Translations under genes and position numbers: made by a program
Shown here: in pieces, positions 57,878 through 64,000 of the stretch
Layout: every line of letters begins with the position of its first letter
Numbering within the stretch: position 1 is the stretch's first letter
The notes under the pieces: model-generated
What the model was told of the DNA's origin: nothing
Databases searched by the model: none
Seen by the model: the letters and a program-made list of their open reading frames with translations, nothing else
Source of the DNA: Cyanophora paradoxa CCMP329
Lineage: Eukaryota > Plantae > Glaucophyta
Assembly (NCBI GenBank): GCA_004431415.1
Contig: QPMI01000039.1
Span: forward strand, 372,001 to 436,000
Direction: 5' to 3'
DNA: 64,000 bases

Positions 57878-60800
57878 TCAGAGCATGATGTGCTCGTCGA
57901 ACAGATCGTCGTCGCTCATCGCCTGGATGGCTGTCACGGAGCTGGGCGCCGGGCCCGCCGCCGCCGCCGCCGCCGGCGCGGGGGCCGGCCGCGGCGCCGC
58001 CGTCTGGTGGAAACCCGTCGAGACGACCTCGTCGCGCCCCGGCCGCTTCGGCGTCCTGCCGGCCGCCGCGTGAGCAAGGGAAGAGGAGGGGGGTACGCGA
58101 TGCGTTCCGAGGCGGGGGGGTACGCACATCTCCTCGACGTCGGAGAGGTGGAAGGACTGGACGTCGAGAGACTCCTGGGAGGTGCGGTTCGAGACGGGGG
58201 CCGCCATGAGGGAGCCCCGGGGCGGCGGGGGGCTCCCCCCGGGCGCCAGGCTCGACCGCCCCGGCGAGAAGGCCGAGACCGCCGACGAGGACGAGGGGCC
58301 GCCGGCCGCCGGCCGCGCCGCCGCCGGCGCCGCCTTCGGCGGGAGGATCTGCGGGCGGCGTGAGGGGCGTCCAGCGAGGATCTGAGGTTTGGGAGGGGGT
58401 ACGCACGTCGCTGACGTCATCGGTCTCGTCATCGTCGTCGTCCTCCTCGTCATCGTCGAAGTGGTGCGCGGGGCGCGCCGGCGCCGCCGCCAGCGCGGGG
58501 GCAGGCGCGGGGGCCGGCGCAGGCGCGGGTGCCGGTGCGGGGGGCGGGGCGGCTGCGGGCCGGCGTGGGTGAGGAGCGGGCGTAGGGCGTCAGAGCAGGG
58601 AGGGGAGAGGGCTCACCGGGGGCGGCGGGCGGCCGGGCGGGCTGCGAGGCGGGGGAGGGGTGCGAGTGGGCGGAGGTGGGGGGGAAGCTGTCGGGGTCGG
58701 CCCCTGCGCCTGGATTGCGGGCGCCGGTCGCGCCGCGGGGGCCGCCGGCGCGGGCGGAGGGCCCGGCTCAACGTCGTCCTCTGCGGCGCGACCGTGAGCG
58801 CGGGCGGGGGTTACGCCGACGGCAAGGGGGGGTACCGTCGAGCTCCTCCTCGTCGGACTCCTCGTCCTCCTCCTCGCTGTCCTCGTACATCGTGGGCGGC
58901 CGCCGCGCCGGCGACGGATGCGCGGCCGAGGTCGCGGGGGCCTGCCCCCGGCTCAGAGGGCGCGCGGGGGAGGGCGGGAGGGGGGTACGCACGGCGCGGC
59001 CGGGGGTAGATGCGGCGCTGGGTGCAGCGGACGAGGCGGCCGTGCCGGGGGCGGGCCGGGAGGGGCCGAGGGGCCGGGGATGGCGCCGGCGCCGACGGGG
59101 GCGGGGCGGGGCTGCCGGGGGCCTGGGAGCGGGGCGGGGGCGCGCTGCGGGAGCGGGGCGAGGGGAGCGGCGGCTGCTCGAAGGGGGGGCGGTAGTAGTG
59201 GCGGAGGGCGTCGGCGACGCGCGCGGAGATCTCCTCCCGCTTCGCCTGCAGCACGCGCGCGTCCTCCGAAGTCGCCCGCTCCCGCTCCAGCTTCTACGCC
59301 GCCCCGCGCGGCTCGAACGGGCGGCGCGGGCGGGGTGGGGCGGGGCGGGGCGGGCGCACCGCCGTGAGCTGCCTGAACCGCTCCTCGTCCATCCCCGTGG
59401 CGTTGCGCGGCACGCTGTAGTTGCTCTGCGGGGCCCGGCGAGCCGCCCGGTGAGGGGGGTACGGCTCCGGCCGCGCGAAGGGGGGTACGGCGATGCGCAC
59501 GGAGAGCTCCTCCTCGAGGGCGGACTGCTCGCGGGCGCGGCGCGTCCGCAGGTCGGAGAGCTGCGGGCGGGCTCAGAGCGTTGCGGGGCGAAGCGGAGGG
59601 GCGCGGGGCGCGGGGCGCGGGCCTTGTACTCGTAGCGGGTGCGTATGTACGGCGCGTTGGGGAACGGAACGACTGCGCCCACGTGCCGCCCCGTCAGCGC
59701 GGAGGCGTTTGCAGGGCGGGGCGGGCGCACATTTGCCCTTGGGCTCGGGCAGCTTCTTGCCGCGGAGGTCGGCGAGCTCTTTGGCGCGCTGCGCCTCGGC
59801 CGCCTTCAGCCGCTCCTCCCGCTCCCGCGTCTCCCGCGCCACCCGCTCCGCCTCCGCCTTCTCCCGCGCCGCCCGCTCCCGCGCCTGGCGCTCCGCCTCC
59901 TCCTTCGTCGGCCGCGCCGGCGTCGGCGGCTGCAGCAGGTGCTGCTGCTGCTGCGGGATGGGCGCCGGCGTCGGGTGCGGCGTCGCCGGCACCGGGTGCG
60001 CCGACGGCCCCGGCGCCGGCGTCGGCGTCGGGGGCGGGACCGCCTTCGCTGCGGCCTCGGCCGCGGCTGCGGCTGCGGCGGCCGCGGCGGCAGCGGCGGC
60101 CGCGGCCGCCTCCTTCTCGAGCTGCTCCTTGAGCGTGGCGAGGCGGCGCATGCTCTCGTTCTCGAGCCGCTTGCGCTCCTCGTCGGCCTGCTCCTCCCGC
60201 CGCTTCCGCTCGCGCTCCTCGCGCTCGCGCTCGGCGCGGGCCTGCAGCTCCGCCTCCTCGCGGTCCTTCAGGCGGCGCGCGCGCTCCTCGGCGATCTGCC
60301 GCTCGAGCGCCTCGCCCTCCTCCTGCTCCCGCAGCCGCGCCGCCCGCCGCCGCTCCTCCATCTCGCTGCGGGGCCCTCAGCGAGGAGGCCAGGGTCGCGC
60401 GGCAACCCGGCTCAGCGCTCCGCGCGCACCGCTCCCAGGCCTCGTCCTTCTCGCGGAGCTGGCGGAGCCGGTCGAGCCGCTGGCGCTCGCGCTCCTGCCG
60501 CTCCTTCTCCAGCTCCGCCTCCAGCGCCTTGTCCCGCTCCTCCAGCTCCCGTCGCCGCCGCTCCCGCTCCGCCGCCAGCCTGCGCCCCGCCCAGTCAGAA
60601 GACGCCGGCGGAGTCAAGGGCGAGCCGGGGCCGGGCGCGCCGCTCGAGCTCGCGCCGGTGCGCCTCCTCCTCCTCGCGGCGCTGCTTCTCGAGCTCGGCC
60701 TCCATCCGGCGCTGCTTCTCGGCGCGCAGGCGCTCCTCCGCCTCGGCGCGCCGCCGCCGCGTCTCCTCGTCGTCGTCGCTCTCCAGGACGTCGCCCAGGC

Positions 60801-62342
60801 CCTTGCCCGACATGACGACCCGCGGCTGGCGCGCCCCGGGCGGCGGCGGCGACGGCGAGGCGGCCCCGGTCGCCGCCGCTGCCGCTGCGGCGGCGGCGGC
60901 GGAGGCGGCGGCGGTCGCGGCGGTGCCGAGCGACGACTCGAGGTCGGTGCGCATGAACTGGATGCGGCGCTCAAGTGCGGCCCGCTCGTCGGCGAACTGC
61001 CGCGAGAGCTCCTCCTCCCGCCGGCGCAGCGCCTCCGACTCCGACTGCCGCCCGCCCCGCCCCGCGCCCCTCAGCGCCGGCCCGGCGGGCGGGCAGGCGA
61101 GGCGGCCGGGCCGGGCGCACGCGGAGGCGGTCCTGGAATTCGCGGCGGAGCTGCTCTTCGAGGGCCGCCCGCGCGCGGGCCGTCTCGAGCTGGACCAGCG
61201 ACTGGATGTCCTCCTGCGGCCGCGCGGCGCCGCCGAGCGTCTGGCCCGGCGACCCGACCTCCACCACGCGGGGCGCGACCACCAGCGGCGCCGCCTGGGG
61301 CCGGATCGATCGGTCAGGGGAGAGGCGGGGGTCCGTTCTCAGGGCGGCTCGCTCGCCTTGGGCAGGTCGAAGCCGGGGTGGCGGCGCTGCACGTGCGCCT
61401 CCAGGAACTGAGCCGTCTGGAAGACCTTCTCGCACTTCGGGCATTTCTGCGGGAGGGCTCGCCCAAGGCGACAGGAGAGCGGAGCGAATCGGAGCGCGGG
61501 CGCACGTGGATTGCGAGGGCGCCCCCGAACTCTCGGACCACGTTTCCAGCTGCCAGAAGCCTGCAGGCGGCCGGGAGCGTCGGCGGCGCCCCGGCGGCGG
61601 CACGAAGCGGAGCGGGCACGCACCCGCCCGCGGCTTGGGGATTTGTCAGCATGTACTCGTACGTCGCCAGGATGCGCTTCTTCTGCCGCACATCCTTGCG
61701 CAAGGACGCGATCTCTTCGGCCTGCGGGCCGCGCGTCAGGGGCCGCAACCGCCGCAACCGGCGGCCTCGCTGGGGCCGACGCGCCTGCTTGCGGGTGCGG
61801 GCCCGGAGCTCCTCAAGCTCCGAGGACGCGTCCTTCCGTTCCTCCTCAGCCTGCTCCTTCATAGAGTTGAGGTACTCCTGCGGGCGGGAGGTGCCCGATC
61901 GGGCTCGGCGCGGGCAGATTCAAACGCGGCGCGGGCACCTGGCCGAACATGAGGTACTCGATAAGGAGCTGCGCGAGACGAAAGATCTTCACAAAGTTTG
62001 CCTGGCTCATCGTCCTCCAGTCCTCAGCCTCGATGTCGGCGTATGTGAGGTTGTCCAGCGTGGCCTGCAGCGCGTCGACGTCCACCTGGTGGCCATGGGC
62101 GGTCAGGGCAGATCGGGGAGGCAGCAGCAAGCTCGAGGCGAGGCCATAGCCCGGCGACCCTGGTGGCCCAGTGGCGGTCTCACCTCGCGCACGACGCGGT
62201 CCACGTCGACTGCGGCGATTGTGCGCCAATCCAGCCGCCCACCGCGTCGGCGAAAGAAGAAGCCCTGCGGATAGGCATCCAGGAACGCGCTCTTCCCGCG
62301 AGGCTGCTGCGGCCCGCCGCGCTCGACGGCGCGGGCGGGCAT
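57878..62342 (-). CDS. DZIP1: DZIP1/DZIP1L (Iguana)-like ciliary basal body protein: Dzip-like_N, C2H2 finger, coiled coils
   Basis: FFFRRRGGRLDWRTIAAVDVDRVVRE|VDVDALQATLDNLTYADIEAE..NFVKIFRLAQLLIEYLMFGQ|EYL; KCPKCEKVFQTAQFLEAHVQRRHP; long E/R/A coiled coils; ends DDDLFDEHIML*. Confidence 0.9.
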
Positions 62343-62475
62343 CCTAACGCTAACGAAGCTGTCGCAGACTAGAATGCTACTTTGAAGCTCGCTGGGGCCC
62401 GAGAAAGGCTGGAATTTGAACTACAAATTCGGCCAGGGGTACGCTTGGCACGAGCTTGCAACTGTACCCAACTCC
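62343..62475. promoter_or_regulatory. Very short (133 bp) bidirectional promoter between DZIP1-like and fibrillin
   Basis: Head-to-head ATGs at 62342 (-) and 62476 (+). Confidence 0.55.
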
Positions 62476-63874
62476 ATGGAGCCAGCTTTCGCCCTTGTGC
62501 TGCCAGCGCCGCGGCCGGCCGCGGGTTTTGCCGTAACGACGGCGGCTTCTGCTGTCTCCAAACGCCCGGTAGCGCGGACTGTCAGCCAGCCCGCCAATGC
62601 GTTCCTCGGCCAGCGCCGGCTCCGGCCGGCGGCCTCATTCGCGGCGACGGCCGTACGACGCCCTGTCTTCTTCGCTCCGGCCCTCCCGGCGCGCGCCGCT
62701 GAAGCGACCACTTCGCCGAGTTTGAAGCCCAGTGACGAGGCCCTAAAGCACAAGCGGGCGCTCATTGAGCTGATTGAGTGCGTCTCTGTCCTTGGTATTG
62801 ACCGGGGAGCGAGTCTGATCGCGGCGCGGCCGAAACGCGCGCGTCCAGGTCGGCCGAGTCGGTCGGAGAGATGCGCAAGGACGCGTTCAAGCAGAAGGCA
62901 GAGGCGCTCGCGCAGGAGCTCGCGAAGAATACTCCGTGCGAAGATCCGGCAACCAGGTGCCCCGCCCTTACCCTGCCAGTGCTGCCACGCCGGCGCCGGC
63001 CGCGGGCCCCGCTGAGCTCCCCGCGCCCGCAGCGTCTTCCTGCGGGGCACGTGGCAGCTGATCTTCACTACTGAGACGCCCCTGGACGCCATCATGGAGA
63101 ACGGCCTACCCCCCTTCTACAGCAGCGTGCGCCCCGGCGCCCTCCGCCCTGCCCCGCCCCGCCCCGCGCCCCCCGACCGCCGACCCCTCCTCCGCAGGGC
63201 TGCATCCTCCAGGCCCGTCCTGCGCCCGCCCGCCCGCCCCCCCGCCCGCCCGCCCGTACCCTCCCGAGCGCTGACCCGCCCCCCGCGCCGCAGGAGGTCC
63301 AGGGCGAGAACCGCGGCGAGGCGAGTACCCCGTACCCCATGGCGCGGCCGCGTACCCCTCACTCGCGCCGCAGATCACAAACATCATCGAGCTGGTGAAG
63401 GCGAGCAAGAAGGATATCGGGCCCGTATCGCCCGAGAGCGACGAGGTCGACGCCCGCTTCATCGTCTTCGTCGACTACGAGGTAGCCCCCCCCCATCCCG
63501 GACCGCGTACCCCTGGAAGCCGAGCCCGCGTACCCCCACAGGTCAAGTCCGCCAAGCGCCTGCGCTTCCAGGTGCGGCCGGCCGAGCCGCGCGCGCGAGG
63601 GGCAGCTTAGTACCCCCCTTGCCGACGCAGTACCCCCGCAGTTTAAGAGGACGCTCGTGAAGGCCGCCGGCTCGGGATTCCACATCAGCATCCCCCTCGC
63701 CCTCGGCTCCGGCTCCCTCGACACCATGTACCCCCGGCCCCCCCCCCCCCCCCCCCGCCGTCCGCACCTGTACCCCCGCGCCGACTCCCCTCGCCCCCCA
63801 GGTACTTGGACGAGGACTTCCGCGTGCAGACAGACTCGAGGGGCTGGCTCTCGGTCTTCAAGAAGCTCCGGTGA
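62476..63874 (+). CDS. Plastid lipid-associated protein / fibrillin (PAP_fibrillin) with N-terminal transit peptide, multi-exon
   Basis: MEPAFALVLPAPRPAAGFAVTTAASAVSKRP.. (A/S/T/R-rich, acid-poor leader); KRALIELI; LAKNTPCEDP..FLRGTWQLIFTTE; ITNIIEL; RLRFQ|FKR; GSLDTM|YLDEDFRVQTDSRGWLSVFKKLR*. Confidence 0.88.
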
Positions 63875-64000
63875 TTTTAATCCGATGATCCGATGATCCA
63901 CCCCTGTACCCCGCCCGGCCCGCCGCCGGAGGTGCCCCCCGCCTTTTGCCTGTATGTATACTTGCCCGTTTTACGTATACGCTCTCTGAGCTCGAGGCTC

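Noticed and set aside
59493-62274. Long plus-strand ORFs (440, 590, 581 aa)
   Set aside because: Antisense shadows of the GC-rich DZIP1-like coiled-coil exons.
1-64000. tRNA, rRNA, telomeric repeats, autonomous transposase/RT, or a lipid-binding gene cluster spanning CAP, START and fibrillin genes
   Set aside because: None recognisable by eye (tRNAscan/Infernal not run); the lipid-binding genes are interspersed with unrelated genes and act in different compartments, so co-location is probably chance.

Overview
Intron-dense, GC-rich eukaryotic nuclear DNA, not prokaryotic, so most ORFs in the supplied track are single exons or GC-driven shadow ORFs. A plastid-targeted fibrillin plus a ciliary DZIP1 gene point to a flagellated alga; a glaucophyte such as Cyanophora is my best guess, unproven. 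Genes read across GT(GC)-AG introns: (1) 1-16775 +, 3' part of a giant fibrocystin-L/PKHD1L1-like surface protein (IPT/TIG repeats, two G8 domains, beta-helix, TM) carrying two CAP/PR-1 domains, one inserted inside a TIG domain, plus an (SP)n stalk; (2) ~19.1-22.2 kb -, probable pseudogene; (3) 22.3-26.9 kb repeat-rich intergenic block (889-bp tandem duplication, TA-flanked MITEs, a 210-bp fold-back insertion); (4) 27187-34939 -, MSH5; (5) 37840-40947 +, divergent START-like protein; (6) an inverted pair of START paralogs (41948-43774 -, 47992-49372 +) bracketing an SK/KCNN-like K+ channel (44018-47725 +); (7) 51420-56562 +, orphan multi-pass membrane protein; (8) 57878-62342 -, DZIP1-like, head-to-head with (9) 62476-63874 +, fibrillin. 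Most novel-looking: the CAP-fibrocystin chimera with RxxL-type sites and co-varying cysteines, the MITE families with clusters of footprint-like heptamers, and partial gene conversion plus an intron difference between the START paralogs. All gene models are hand-derived and approximate.
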